DNA of 64,000 nt, taken from assembly GCA_050012755.1 (NCBI GenBank), contig JBEKGO010000002.1:32001-96000 (forward strand). The letters run 5' to 3'. The position numbers were made by a program, and so were the translations under genes. The stretch comes from Candidatus Bathyarchaeia archaeon. GTDB lineage: Archaea > Thermoproteota > Bathyarchaeia > Bathyarchaeales > Bathycorpusculaceae. A model generated the notes under the pieces. That model was given only the letters and a program-made list of their open reading frames with translations. It made no database searches and was not told the origin of the DNA. How positions within the stretch are numbered: the stretch's first letter is position 1; each line of letters opens with the position of its first letter. Positions 49,136-58,464 of the stretch are shown piece after piece.

Positions 49136-50077
49136 TCATTTCGACTGAGTTGTCATAGTTTCTATTTTTCCCTTAAGAAAATTACCCCATTCCAGTGTTG
49201 CTTGAGCAGCTTGAAACACATAATCAACATAAGAAGACAAGTATTTGTTCAAATCAGGTTCTTCTCTAATAACCTGCAGCCAGGTATCCAAAGCCAAATC
49301 TGGACTAAAATTAGGGTCATAATCAATTCCATATTGTTTAAAAAACTGTTTCAAGTCTTCTGGATCATCTTTTGACCAATTGTATTCATCTCGGACATAC
49401 GAAATATATTCAATAAGCCAATTTACCGTAAACTCTCTGAATTCCTCAGTGTCTAATTCTTTTTCTGCACTACCCAAATGAGCAATAAGAACAAGGAAAT
49501 TATCAGCAACACCTTTACCAAATTTTTGCTCAAGATATTTCCACTTACCAAACAAGGCTGGGTCAATATTACCCCAAATTTCAGCTATTTTGCCGATTTC
49601 TTCCCTGTCTTTCGGTTCCAACGGGCAATAATATAGTTGCAGTACTGATAAACAGAGCCCTGAACGAGTGAGGCTATACTCTAACATAGGATTGCCAAAA
49701 TACTTCCTTTTTTCTTTACCCGTAAGCATTCCCCCTTTCTCTAAGTCTGAGATTGCTCCATATACAGTGCCATGCCCAATAGTTACTTTTTTCTTGATTC
49801 CTTTTTTGTTTTCTGCTCCTTTGGGAAATGTCTCATGAAGCCATTTGTTTATGGCTCGTTCAATCTGGAGTTTAGTCTGTTTTTCTCTAGTCAATGCTAT
49901 CTGTCTCAAAACTACCCTTTGGCTGCCCATTATTTCAGATGTTTTGTAGAATTTGTCACCAAATATTCCATATAGAAAAGTGTTTCTTTCTATCAGTTGA
50001 CGTTTTTCGAGGAAATCCACACTGGCTCGCCTCATTTTATATGTCAGTTTTTTGTGTATGTCATTGACAAATGACAT
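49136..50077 (-). CDS. Winged-HTH protein, probable element repressor
   Basis: GHGTVYGAISDLEKGGML...YSLTRSGL; divergent from the replication operon. Confidence 0.7.
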   Translation of the reverse strand: MSFVNDIHKKLTYKMRRASVDFLEKRQLIERNTFLYGIFGDKFYKTSEIMGSQRVVLRQIALTREKQTKLQIERAINKWLHETFPKGAENKKGIKKKVTIGHGTVYGAISDLEKGGMLTGKEKRKYFGNPMLEYSLTRSGLCLSVLQLYYCPLEPKDREEIGKIAEIWGNIDPALFGKWKYLEQKFGKGVADNFLVLIAHLGSAEKELDTEEFREFTVNWLIEYISYVRDEYNWSKDDPEDLKQFFKQYGIDYDPNFSPDLALDTWLQVIREEPDLNKYLSSYVDYVFQAAQATLEWGNFLKGKIETMTTQSK

Positions 50078-50106
50078 ATATAAAAGTATGTACGCAGTAC
50101 TGACAA
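50042..50106. promoter_or_regulatory. Inverted-repeat operator at divergent promoter
   Basis: TATGTCATT-gaca-AATGACATA (50057-50078) abutting TATATAAAAG; outer pair TGTCAGT/ACTGACA. Confidence 0.65.
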
Positions 50107-50122
50107 GGAAGCATAAGAGAAC

Positions 50123-50368
50123 GTGCCAATAATCAGAAAATTAATCCCATGTGGTCACAGCCAAAGCGTAACCTTGCCTAAAACATGGCTGCAAATGGCT
50201 GAAGAAAAAGAAGGCAAAAAGATTGTGGCTGTTGCTATGGAAGTGAACGGCTGTCTAACCATAAATCCAATTTTTGATAAAGAAAAAAAGGCTGAAGAGT
50301 CTCCAGACAAGGCAGCTTCAGCCTTAGACCACAACTCACACCAAGAAGATGCGATTGCTATTGAGTAA
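50123..50368 (+). CDS. AbrB-like DNA-binding protein
   Basis: IIRKLIPCGHSQSVTLPKTWL. Confidence 0.75.
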   Translation: MPIIRKLIPCGHSQSVTLPKTWLQMAEEKEGKKIVAVAMEVNGCLTINPIFDKEKKAEESPDKAASALDHNSHQEDAIAIE

Positions 50369-50534
50369 ACCCTCAAATTCCCTTTTAAATAATTTGGCAC
50401 TTAAGACGAAACCTAAGATCGCTTGCTTATGGTTGATACATGAACCTGGACCCCATGTAGACTGTCCATATGAGAAGGATGGATTTTGCACTAACAAAAA
50501 GTATTGTAACCAAAAGGGGGTTTGGCCTCGTTGA
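50349..50534 (+). CDS. Small Cys/His-rich protein
   Basis: Overlapping-gene chain; CPY...FC...YC. Confidence 0.5.
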   Translation: MRLLLSKPSNSLLNNLALKTKPKIACLWLIHEPGPHVDCPYEKDGFCTNKKYCNQKGVWPR

Positions 50535-50809
50535 GTAGTGTAAAAGGAATCATTGAATCATACTCAAACGACGCTTCGAGAGAAAAACTTGTTACCCTTG
50601 ATGTTCTGCTGAAGGCTGTCGATGCACGTGGCAAACAACCAATAGTCTTTTCCAAGTTCTCAAACAAAGCCTCCCTGAATGGTAAACATTTCTGTGTTGA
50701 TTGTGGTAAGCGTCTAAAAACTCACAGTGCAAAAAGGTGCGCCTCTTGTAATATGAGGCTAGTCGGCAAAAACCATGTGATAACGCGGAAACTAAAGGGG
50801 AAGGCCTAG
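50522..50809 (+). CDS. Small Zn-finger protein
   Basis: CVDCGK...RCASC. Confidence 0.6.
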   Translation: MASLSSVKGIIESYSNDASREKLVTLDVLLKAVDARGKQPIVFSKFSNKASLNGKHFCVDCGKRLKTHSAKRCASCNMRLVGKNHVITRKLKGKA

Positions 50810-50811
50810 CA

Positions 50812-50928
50812 TTGAAGACGAAATTAACCTGTAACAAGTGCGCTACGCTTCAATGTTTTGTTAGAGAAAGCAAAGATGGTTGCCGAGATGACGAACTTGA
50901 AAAGCAGACGGAGATCAGCAAACATTGA
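50812..50928 (+). CDS. 38-aa Cys-rich protein
   Basis: MKTKLTCNKCATLQCFVRESKDGC...; TGA overlaps the TTG start of the helicase. Confidence 0.5.
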   Translation: MKTKLTCNKCATLQCFVRESKDGCRDDELEKQTEISKH

Positions 50929-52826
50929 CCGAGCAACCAAAACTCTATTGCCCTATCTGTAAAAAACCAACAAAAAAACTAGGTTCACCTGACAGTATAG
51001 GTCAACAATTTTACAAGTGCGAAAATGGGCATCAAACAACAAAAGAACCACTAACAGAACAAGGAATGAAAGTTGTTCTTGCTTTTGAGATTCAAGCCGA
51101 GCAAAACGGAGAAAAACATTACATTGACCCGTTAAACCCAATGGCTGCCTTTTGCAACGGAAAAGGAGTTTTCAAAACTGCCTTAGTTGCTCAGTACCTA
51201 AATTATAATTACCACTTCAAGATTGACCGATTAACCGAGATATTCTACTATGGAGACGAAACAACAAAAGTATGGAAAACAAAAGCTGAAATTTACGTCC
51301 AAGAAATCTTAAGCAAACTCTTGGGTGAAGAAAACACAAAAAGCCACTACACAAACATTCTACATGACCTCAAAGGATTAAGCTATGATGATGTTGTTTT
51401 TAGCAAAAAGGTAGCTGTAGAAAATGGGCTATTAGATGTTGAAACAGGGAAATTGACAGAACCAACGCTTGAGGAAATGGCTTATTATTCAATCCCTGTA
51501 AGATACGACCCAACAGCTAAGAAAACTGAGAATTGGCTAGAGTTTCTTAAACAAGTAACTAATCCTGAAGATGTACCATTACTGCAAGAATGGTTTGGTT
51601 TCTGTCTGCTACCTGATTACAAATTTCATAAGGTATTGTGGATTCACGGTGACGGACGAAACGGTAAAGGAGTTTTTGACCGAACAATCCAAGGTATAAT
51701 CGGAAAAAACAATGTTTCGGCTATTGGTCTAGAAGAATTAGACGGATCACATAGGTTTTCTTTATGCCATTTTTACGGTAAACTCTATAACACTTGCAGC
51801 GAACCAACCACAAACAAGATTTTCAGAACCGAAATATTCCAAAAGCTAACTGGAAGCGACACAATCAAAGCAGAACTCAAAGTTGCAAATAACCGAATAG
51901 AGTTTGTCAACTGTGCCAAACTGACCATAATAGGAAACAAATTCCCAAAAATCGACAACCCAACAGTGGCCTTCAAAGACAGAATGATGTTTGTCAAATT
52001 TCCAAACTTCTTCAGCGATAAAGACAGAATCGCAAATTTAGAAAATGTCTGGTTGAACGACCCCGAGCAAAAAAGCGCTATTTTGAATTGGGCTCTGGAA
52101 GGATTACATAGACTAAATACTCAAAATAGCTTTACCCAAACAAAGACTCAAAAAGAAACAGAAATCGAATTCAATAGAGTCAGCAATCCTCCAGGCGCCT
52201 TTATCATGGAAATGGGGATTCTCTGCAAAACCTTGGTCACAACACGAGCAGCAAATTTGACAACTTATCAAGAATACTGTGAGGATATCGGTGTCTTAGC
52301 CGATGCAAAAGCGCTCACTCAAGCAATGAACAGGCTATCGCCAAAAGTAAAAGAAGGCTGGATATACAAACCGAAAAAAGAAAGAGCATGGCTCGGTTTC
52401 GGATTAAGGAATATTGAACAACAAAACATAGAACAGATGGAACAGTTAGAACAGCAAAAAACCCTTAACGAAATTAACCAAACTGAAAAATCATATAATA
52501 GACAGGAAGAAACAGGTGTTCCAAGTGTACCAAGTGTTCCAATTTCAAACCCTTCAGAGCATCAATTAATAGTAGAGCAAGAGCCTTCAGGTCTAAAACG
52601 GTTAGAAACTACCAAACCGAGATTTTACGTTAAAGAGATTCCAATCGGACCTAAGTGTGATTGTGGAAAACTGGCCGTAACCTTTGAGATTGTAACACCT
52701 GGGCATGATGTTTTGAAACGTTGCACTGATTGTTTGGAGAAACTGAAACAACAATTCCCTGGAGCTATTTTCTGTGCAGCTTATCCAGAAATGCCAAGTT
52801 TTGATGATAGCGAAGGAGGCGCCTAA
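50925..52826 (+). CDS. D5/P4-like SF3 helicase with N- and C-terminal Zn fingers
   Basis: VENGLLDVETG (D5_N-like), Walker A GDGRNGKG, KLTGSDTIKAE, GNKFP, DRMM. Confidence 0.9.
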   Translation: MTEQPKLYCPICKKPTKKLGSPDSIGQQFYKCENGHQTTKEPLTEQGMKVVLAFEIQAEQNGEKHYIDPLNPMAAFCNGKGVFKTALVAQYLNYNYHFKIDRLTEIFYYGDETTKVWKTKAEIYVQEILSKLLGEENTKSHYTNILHDLKGLSYDDVVFSKKVAVENGLLDVETGKLTEPTLEEMAYYSIPVRYDPTAKKTENWLEFLKQVTNPEDVPLLQEWFGFCLLPDYKFHKVLWIHGDGRNGKGVFDRTIQGIIGKNNVSAIGLEELDGSHRFSLCHFYGKLYNTCSEPTTNKIFRTEIFQKLTGSDTIKAELKVANNRIEFVNCAKLTIIGNKFPKIDNPTVAFKDRMMFVKFPNFFSDKDRIANLENVWLNDPEQKSAILNWALEGLHRLNTQNSFTQTKTQKETEIEFNRVSNPPGAFIMEMGILCKTLVTTRAANLTTYQEYCEDIGVLADAKALTQAMNRLSPKVKEGWIYKPKKERAWLGFGLRNIEQQNIEQMEQLEQQKTLNEINQTEKSYNRQEETGVPSVPSVPISNPSEHQLIVEQEPSGLKRLETTKPRFYVKEIPIGPKCDCGKLAVTFEIVTPGHDVLKRCTDCLEKLKQQFPGAIFCAAYPEMPSFDDSEGGA

Positions 52827-52827
52827 G

Positions 52828-52956
52828 TTGTGCGATTTGTTTTTTGCTCAACAAATTAGGGTAGAACGAACCCTCAAGGAGATTAAGACTTTCAATATTG
52901 AGGCGATTTTACTCTCTGAAGAATTGAAACGTTGCGAGGTCCAGCTCCATGATTAG
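52828..52956 (+). CDS. Small hypothetical protein
   Basis: TTG immediately after the helicase stop; overlaps the next gene start. Confidence 0.45.
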   Translation: MCDLFFAQQIRVERTLKEIKTFNIEAILLSEELKRCEVQLHD

Positions 52957-53137
52957 AACCGTCAAAAATTACCCCTGTAAATTTGTAACCGAGTGTAGGT
53001 CTAAGGGTAAGTTTGACCCTGAAAAATTCAGTTGCAATCATGGTGGTGGAGTTTCATGTGTGACTTGGTGCCGTCTTACAGACCGAGAAATTACTTCTAA
53101 TCCAAAATTGCTTGAGAAGGTAGGCAATTATGAGTGA
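52949..53137 (+). CDS. Small Cys-rich protein
   Basis: Five Cys; overlaps the integrase start. Confidence 0.55.
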   Translation: MIRTVKNYPCKFVTECRSKGKFDPEKFSCNHGGGVSCVTWCRLTDREITSNPKLLEKVGNYE

Positions 53138-54308
53138 AGCCCAAACAAAAACAATCGTAAAATGCCCTGAATGTGGCAGCCAAAAAGCCTTCAAAGACGG
53201 AATAAGGAAACTTTCAAACAAGCAAGAAAAGCAGCGTTATGTTTGCCGTGACTGTGGGTATCGCTATACAAAGCATACTAGCTTAAATGTCAATGACAAC
53301 AATAACGGAACTAACCAAATAAGCGCAATATACCTAGGTAAGGCGAAAAATTTGGTTTCCGCACAGAAATTAAACATTTGTGCGAGAGATGAAAGACTAC
53401 CAGCAGAAGCAAAAGGCTTAGTGGCTCAGTTCTTGGCATACTTGGAAAAAGAAGGCTTTTGTAAAGAAACAGAATATCCGAATTTGATAAGGCGACTTGC
53501 AAAACTTGGAGCTAATCTACTAGAACCCGAAACAGTCAAAGAAGCTATAGGCAGAATGACGGTTAAAAACGGAATGAAACTTCAATATGTATGTGCATAC
53601 AGCGCTTTTGCAACCATGCTTAAGATTCAATGGGAACCACCAAAATATCAACAGGAAGAAATAATACCCTTCATACCTGACGAATCAGAACTTGATGCCT
53701 TAATCAGTGCAGCTAGAACCAAAAAAATGGCAGGATACCTACAAGCACTCAAAGAAACTTATGGCGATCCATCTGAAGTACTTAGAATCGAATGGATAGA
53801 TATTTCAGAAAAAGAGCAAACAATCAAAATCAATCACCCAGTAAAACACCATAATCCGAGAACCCTTCAAGTATCTAGCCGACTTCTTTCAATGCTTAGT
53901 TGTTTGCCACATGATAAACCAAGAGTATTTAGCGGAACTTATGACAGCATAAGCATAGCTTACTGTAGATTGAGAAAAAGACTAGCTGAAACACAACAAA
54001 ACCCCAGGTTACTTGCAATAGAATTTAGAACCTTTAGACACTGGGGAGGAACAATGATCGCCTTCCACACAAACGGAAACGTGCTAATCGTCAAGAAACT
54101 ACTCGGCCACAAAAGCGTCAACAACAGCATGAAGTACATCGGAATGATTAACTTCAAAGACGATCAGTTTGAAACCGCACACGCAACAACTCTAGAGGAA
54201 ATCGAGAAACTAAGGCAAGCAGGTTGGCTAAAATACGATGAAATAACAATCAACGGAATGCAAATACATTGTTACAGCAAACCTAAGAGGTTTTCAAGCT
54301 ATGTCTAA
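53130..54308 (+). CDS. Tyrosine recombinase/integrase with N-terminal Zn ribbon
   Basis: CPECGS...QRYVCRDCGYRY; TYGDPSE, FRTFRHW, LLGHK, SMKY. Confidence 0.88.
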   Translation: MSEAQTKTIVKCPECGSQKAFKDGIRKLSNKQEKQRYVCRDCGYRYTKHTSLNVNDNNNGTNQISAIYLGKAKNLVSAQKLNICARDERLPAEAKGLVAQFLAYLEKEGFCKETEYPNLIRRLAKLGANLLEPETVKEAIGRMTVKNGMKLQYVCAYSAFATMLKIQWEPPKYQQEEIIPFIPDESELDALISAARTKKMAGYLQALKETYGDPSEVLRIEWIDISEKEQTIKINHPVKHHNPRTLQVSSRLLSMLSCLPHDKPRVFSGTYDSISIAYCRLRKRLAETQQNPRLLAIEFRTFRHWGGTMIAFHTNGNVLIVKKLLGHKSVNNSMKYIGMINFKDDQFETAHATTLEEIEKLRQAGWLKYDEITINGMQIHCYSKPKRFSSYV

Positions 54309-54423
54309 GCTGAAAAAAAGTGTTGGCAATACGAAAAATCATGGTACGATAAAGATATATCTCCCTCGGACGTTCTATGAACAATACCTTTAGTGCTATA
54401 AGACGAATATGTGGTGAAGGGTT

Positions 54424-55884
54424 ATGGCAGAAGTCGTCTTGACTGCTGATAGAACTTTAATGAGTAATTATCATAATAACGAATTCCTCGGGTTTGGTAC
54501 ATGTGCCCCTCCCAATTTTATTCCAGAATGGCTTTACAGCTATCTATTCTTTCCCCCATTAAGAACAAATAGTGGCCATCCCTATCAAGCACCCTATGGG
54601 TTAAGGAAAATTGAAGCTCAACTCCTGAAAGAAGGCTTCCACGTTGAAACGGTAAGCCCAAACCATTTAGGCAGACATCTCGCTAACGCAAAAGTTCTCG
54701 GCATACACACCATGGATCCATTTGGATTAGGTCCGGCTTCTACAACTCTTGCCTCCCTGTTCAAAAAAGAGCCCTACCTTGCGAAGCACTTTCACAGTCT
54801 ATTGAAAAGCTCAGCAATTAAAAAAGCGAAACAAAATGGCTTAAAAGTTATTGTTGGAGGACCTGGCGCATGGCAATTCCATTACAGAGAAAAAGCCGCC
54901 AAGGATTTGGGAATTGACTGCGTAGTTGAAGGAGAAGCAGAAAACATAATTGGGAAAGTATTCAAAGGTGCAATAGAAGGAGAGCCGATTTCAAGCCATT
55001 ATGAAGTTACAGTTGGGGAAACTCCCACCTTAGAAGAGATTCCCGATATTGTTCAGCCTTCGGTTAACGGTTTAGTCGAACTTGGCAGAGGCTGCTGCCG
55101 AGGCTGCCAATTTTGCAACGTTACACTAAGGCCTCTACGTTGGTACCCACTTGAAAAAATTAATCGCGAATTAAGCGTTAATATTGATTCAGGCAACACT
55201 GGCACATGTTTACATGCAGAAGACGTTATGCTATATGGTTCCAACAATACGATACCAAATGAAGAGAAACTTGTACAACTACATGAATTAGTAACAAAAA
55301 AGGTTACAGGACTAAGTTGGAGTCACTGTTCCGTTGCAGCTGTTGCGTCAAAGCCCAAGTTGCTATCGAAATTGTCAGAGCTTATCTTGCAGAATCAAAC
55401 GTGGTGGGGAGCAGAAGTCGGAATTGAAACTGGTTCTTCAGAGATAGCGAAGAAGATCATGCCTGCGAAGGCTCATCCATTCAGCGCCGATAATTGGCAC
55501 GATGTAGTCGTTGACGGCATGGGTGTAATGCACGATAACATGCTCGCTCCAGCTTGCACTTTGATTGTGGGATTACCTGAAGAACAGGAATCAGATATTA
55601 TGAAAACTATGGAGTTAGTTGATGATCTTAAAGACATGCGTAGCCTTATTGTGCCATTGTTTTTTGTTCCACTGGGCAAATTGAAAAATGAAGACTGGTT
55701 TAACGATACCCAACTTAGCGAAGTCCATAAACAACTTTTGTTTGCCTGCGCCGAACACGATTTCCACTGGGTCGACAATCTGCTTGACTTGTCTTTCTCA
55801 GGCAAATGGTACCAGCACATATCCAAAGAGTTCTACAAAGGCTTCTCAGCAATCGCAAAGCGCAAAGTACGTCAGATAGAATAG
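54424..55884 (+). CDS. Radical SAM protein (B12-binding-domain type)
   Basis: IVGGPG, VEGEAE, RGCCRGCQFC, GIETGS. Confidence 0.9.
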   Translation: MAEVVLTADRTLMSNYHNNEFLGFGTCAPPNFIPEWLYSYLFFPPLRTNSGHPYQAPYGLRKIEAQLLKEGFHVETVSPNHLGRHLANAKVLGIHTMDPFGLGPASTTLASLFKKEPYLAKHFHSLLKSSAIKKAKQNGLKVIVGGPGAWQFHYREKAAKDLGIDCVVEGEAENIIGKVFKGAIEGEPISSHYEVTVGETPTLEEIPDIVQPSVNGLVELGRGCCRGCQFCNVTLRPLRWYPLEKINRELSVNIDSGNTGTCLHAEDVMLYGSNNTIPNEEKLVQLHELVTKKVTGLSWSHCSVAAVASKPKLLSKLSELILQNQTWWGAEVGIETGSSEIAKKIMPAKAHPFSADNWHDVVVDGMGVMHDNMLAPACTLIVGLPEEQESDIMKTMELVDDLKDMRSLIVPLFFVPLGKLKNEDWFNDTQLSEVHKQLLFACAEHDFHWVDNLLDLSFSGKWYQHISKEFYKGFSAIAKRKVRQIE

Positions 55885-55952
55885 TTTTGTTTTAGAAGAC
55901 TAAACTTAAATACTATATTGGAACTGAAAAGGTGAAGTAAGCATTGTGATGT

Positions 55953-56029
55953 GCCGTCGTGGCTCAGCCCGGTAGAGCGGCTGGCTGTTAACCAGTCGGT
56001 CAAAGGTCCGAATCCTTTCGACGGCGCCA
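55953..56029 (+). tRNA. tRNA-Asn(GTT), intronless, CCA encoded
   Basis: Acceptor stem GCCGTCG/CGACGGC, anticodon arm GCTGG-CTGTTAA-CCAGT, T arm AAAGG-TCCGAAT-CCTTT. Confidence 0.95.
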
Positions 56030-56088
56030 CTTCTTCTCTTATTTAAGCGTTGAAATGGCCCTTATTCGAAATAGTTTCTCGTTGTTTT

Positions 56089-56787
56089 TTATAAGCCAGT
56101 TAAGAGTACGGCTACGATGCCGCTCAAAAACACGCCATCAAACGTGCCTGCTCCACCTATGCTGGCAACTGGTGCACCTAGCTTGGGTATCTTCCGAAGG
56201 TTGAGCAGGTCTGCTCCCAATAGAGTACCGAGGGTGCCTGCTACGTAGGCGATTGTTTTTGGTTGGGCTGGAAAGAGGATTAGTGCGGACACGGCGGCGG
56301 CTATTGGCGGGATAAATGCTGGAGTGGCTATTCCAACACCTTTGACTGGTCTAGCTACTGCGTGCGTTACTATTGCTACGGCTAAGACGCCGATGAAGCT
56401 TAGCATAATTGTTGAAACTGACGACCGACTAAGCAGGTAAATGCTAACAGCCGTTGGTATTAATGCGCCACCGACATTAACCGCAAGTAACGTTACAGTC
56501 TCGCTGTACTCCGCTTGCGGAATGCGATAGGTAAGACCAAACCAATTAACGTAATTATCCCGGATAACTGGTATTTTGGTTCTTAGCTTAAGCAGTGGAA
56601 CGTTTATGAAACTGCCAATTAAAGTGCTGATCAAGATTAAAAAAACCGTAAAAGGAGTAAAACCAACATTTTCGAAAGCTATGCTCACTGCGCCAATAAA
56701 GACCAATGCAACTACTGCAAACGCTAAGACAAGCAACAACGCGAAAAAAAGAAAACTATGCTGAAAGTAAATTGTTTTCCTACTCAT
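56089..56787 (-). CDS. DUF1614 family membrane protein
   Basis: GSFINVP, AVNVGGALIP, GADLLNL, SIGGAGTFDGVFL. Confidence 0.9.
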   Translation of the reverse strand: MSRKTIYFQHSFLFFALLLVLAFAVVALVFIGAVSIAFENVGFTPFTVFLILISTLIGSFINVPLLKLRTKIPVIRDNYVNWFGLTYRIPQAEYSETVTLLAVNVGGALIPTAVSIYLLSRSSVSTIMLSFIGVLAVAIVTHAVARPVKGVGIATPAFIPPIAAAVSALILFPAQPKTIAYVAGTLGTLLGADLLNLRKIPKLGAPVASIGGAGTFDGVFLSGIVAVLLTGL

Positions 56788-56936
56788 ATTTTCACTCTTG
56801 TACCTGATTTTTCAAAAGTTAATACTAAGAAGGTTGACTTATTTGGATACCGCAAACAAAAAACATAATCCCTAATAAGAAAAACATCTTTTCAATACTA
56901 AAAAAATATTTAATATAATCTTTTTGGTTCAGCTGA

Positions 56937-58268
56937 CTAATGTTTTTTGAACTTTAGAAGCATAGCCACAACTGCAACAACAGTTAAGACGACTGCTGTA
57001 CAAGAGAAAACGTAAATTTCAAGCATTGTAAGGTTTTTTTGAGAGCCAGTTGCAGTTGCCGGTGCAGAAGTTATCGGAGTATCAATAAGTCTTGGATCAT
57101 TCCAATAGAAAATATTTTTGTACCCTAGTGATTCAACTGGGTAGGTTCCATTTGGGTAAACGATATCCAAGTTATAGCTGTATTCTTGCATGAGTGTTGA
57201 AACATTTCTACAAATAGAGTCGGTTAATGAATCCGGATCCCATAATCCCCAGATTCTATCGTTAGGACCACGGAACCCGTATGCATAATCGGCAGGAAGA
57301 ACGTATGCTGTTCTATCGCTTACGGGGCTGATGGTTTGAGGGTTGGCTTTAACATACTGCCAAAACTCTTTCATAGCATCAAGTTGCCCAGGGTATCCTG
57401 GTTGCCCTGGAGAGATGTGGAGAAGAACATTTTGAGTCCAGTTTTGGTCTCCATCAAACACAATGATATATTTTGCCCCGTTGTCGTAAGCCAATTTCAT
57501 GTCACTCAAAAGATCTGAACCTGACTCCATATATGGGGACGTATTGTACTTCCAAGTTATCATAACACCCCAATCCTTATTCTGAGAAGCAGCTGCACCT
57601 CTAACAAGATCAAGATTAAGCTGTTGACTGTAACTCATAGTAAACTCCGCAAAAACCGTATCATATCCTGCCGCATAATCATACCAATAAAGCGAATAGT
57701 CCGAGGTGAACAATTGAAATTCGTTCGGGTAGGCAAAATTTCGACTAATCCCATAAGTTTCATTACGCAGAAAGAAATTTAGTATCTGAACATACTTGGT
57801 TGCAGCATCATTAAAAGTGGCTCCAGACTGGGGAAGCGTCGCGTTTGTAACAAAAGGATAACTTGACTGGTCAAGTTGTTTTCCACCCACTTCATCCAAA
57901 TAATAAATTCCAAGAAATCTGTCGCCATAAGTGCTTTTGGCATCTGCAAGCCATTGACTTGATGGAAATCTTGGACTATCGGTGTAAACAATGAAACTTA
58001 AACCTTTATCGTAAACATATTGGCTGATAACGCTAAGTCTTGTTAGATTGTAGTTTCCATAACATCCAATTACGAAAAGATTGGTGTAAGAACTAACGTC
58101 ATCAATTAATTGTTCGGTTGCAGGAACGCTTTCAAAGGAAACATCAACTCCCAAGAATATGTTCGGCGAAGTACTTGCAGACCCCGCTTTGGCAATTGTG
58201 CCGTAATTTAAGAAAAAAGGTAAAATCAGCAAGAAAATGAGTAAAACTGTGAATAACTTGAACTTCAT
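56937..58268 (-). CDS. Secreted, C-terminally anchored hypothetical protein (possible glycoside-hydrolase-like barrel)
   Basis: Signal peptide, YYLDEVGGKQLD, TSDYSLYWYDY, C-terminal TM. Confidence 0.75.
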   Translation of the reverse strand: MKFKLFTVLLIFLLILPFFLNYGTIAKAGSASTSPNIFLGVDVSFESVPATEQLIDDVSSYTNLFVIGCYGNYNLTRLSVISQYVYDKGLSFIVYTDSPRFPSSQWLADAKSTYGDRFLGIYYLDEVGGKQLDQSSYPFVTNATLPQSGATFNDAATKYVQILNFFLRNETYGISRNFAYPNEFQLFTSDYSLYWYDYAAGYDTVFAEFTMSYSQQLNLDLVRGAAASQNKDWGVMITWKYNTSPYMESGSDLLSDMKLAYDNGAKYIIVFDGDQNWTQNVLLHISPGQPGYPGQLDAMKEFWQYVKANPQTISPVSDRTAYVLPADYAYGFRGPNDRIWGLWDPDSLTDSICRNVSTLMQEYSYNLDIVYPNGTYPVESLGYKNIFYWNDPRLIDTPITSAPATATGSQKNLTMLEIYVFSCTAVVLTVVAVVAMLLKFKKH

Positions 58269-58464
58269 TTGATTTAATCACAATTCTATAACCCTAATAA
58301 GACTTTTCCAAAATCATTGCAAACGGACAAAACCTAGCCAGCATGACAAAGTAGAGGTTCACGACCAATTGTTTACCAGTTGGTTACCTTTCGATAAATA
58401 GTCAGCTACCCAATAAGCGTTGAAATAAAATCATTCTCCGAGATAATTTCTAAGTTTGAAAAAA

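Larger units (their letters stand above)
38819..54360. mobile_element. Integrative element or composite island with two tyrosine recombinases and a D5-like helicase
   Basis: Recombinases at both ends, SF3 helicase, many small Zn-finger/AbrB genes, flanking 12-bp direct repeat ATAAAGATATAT (38819-38830 and 54349-54360); lies between host por and radical SAM genes. Confidence 0.8.

Noticed and set aside
58362-58410. Weak ACC repeats at ~11-12 nt spacing
   Set aside because: Only three units, irregular spacing, no adjacent core
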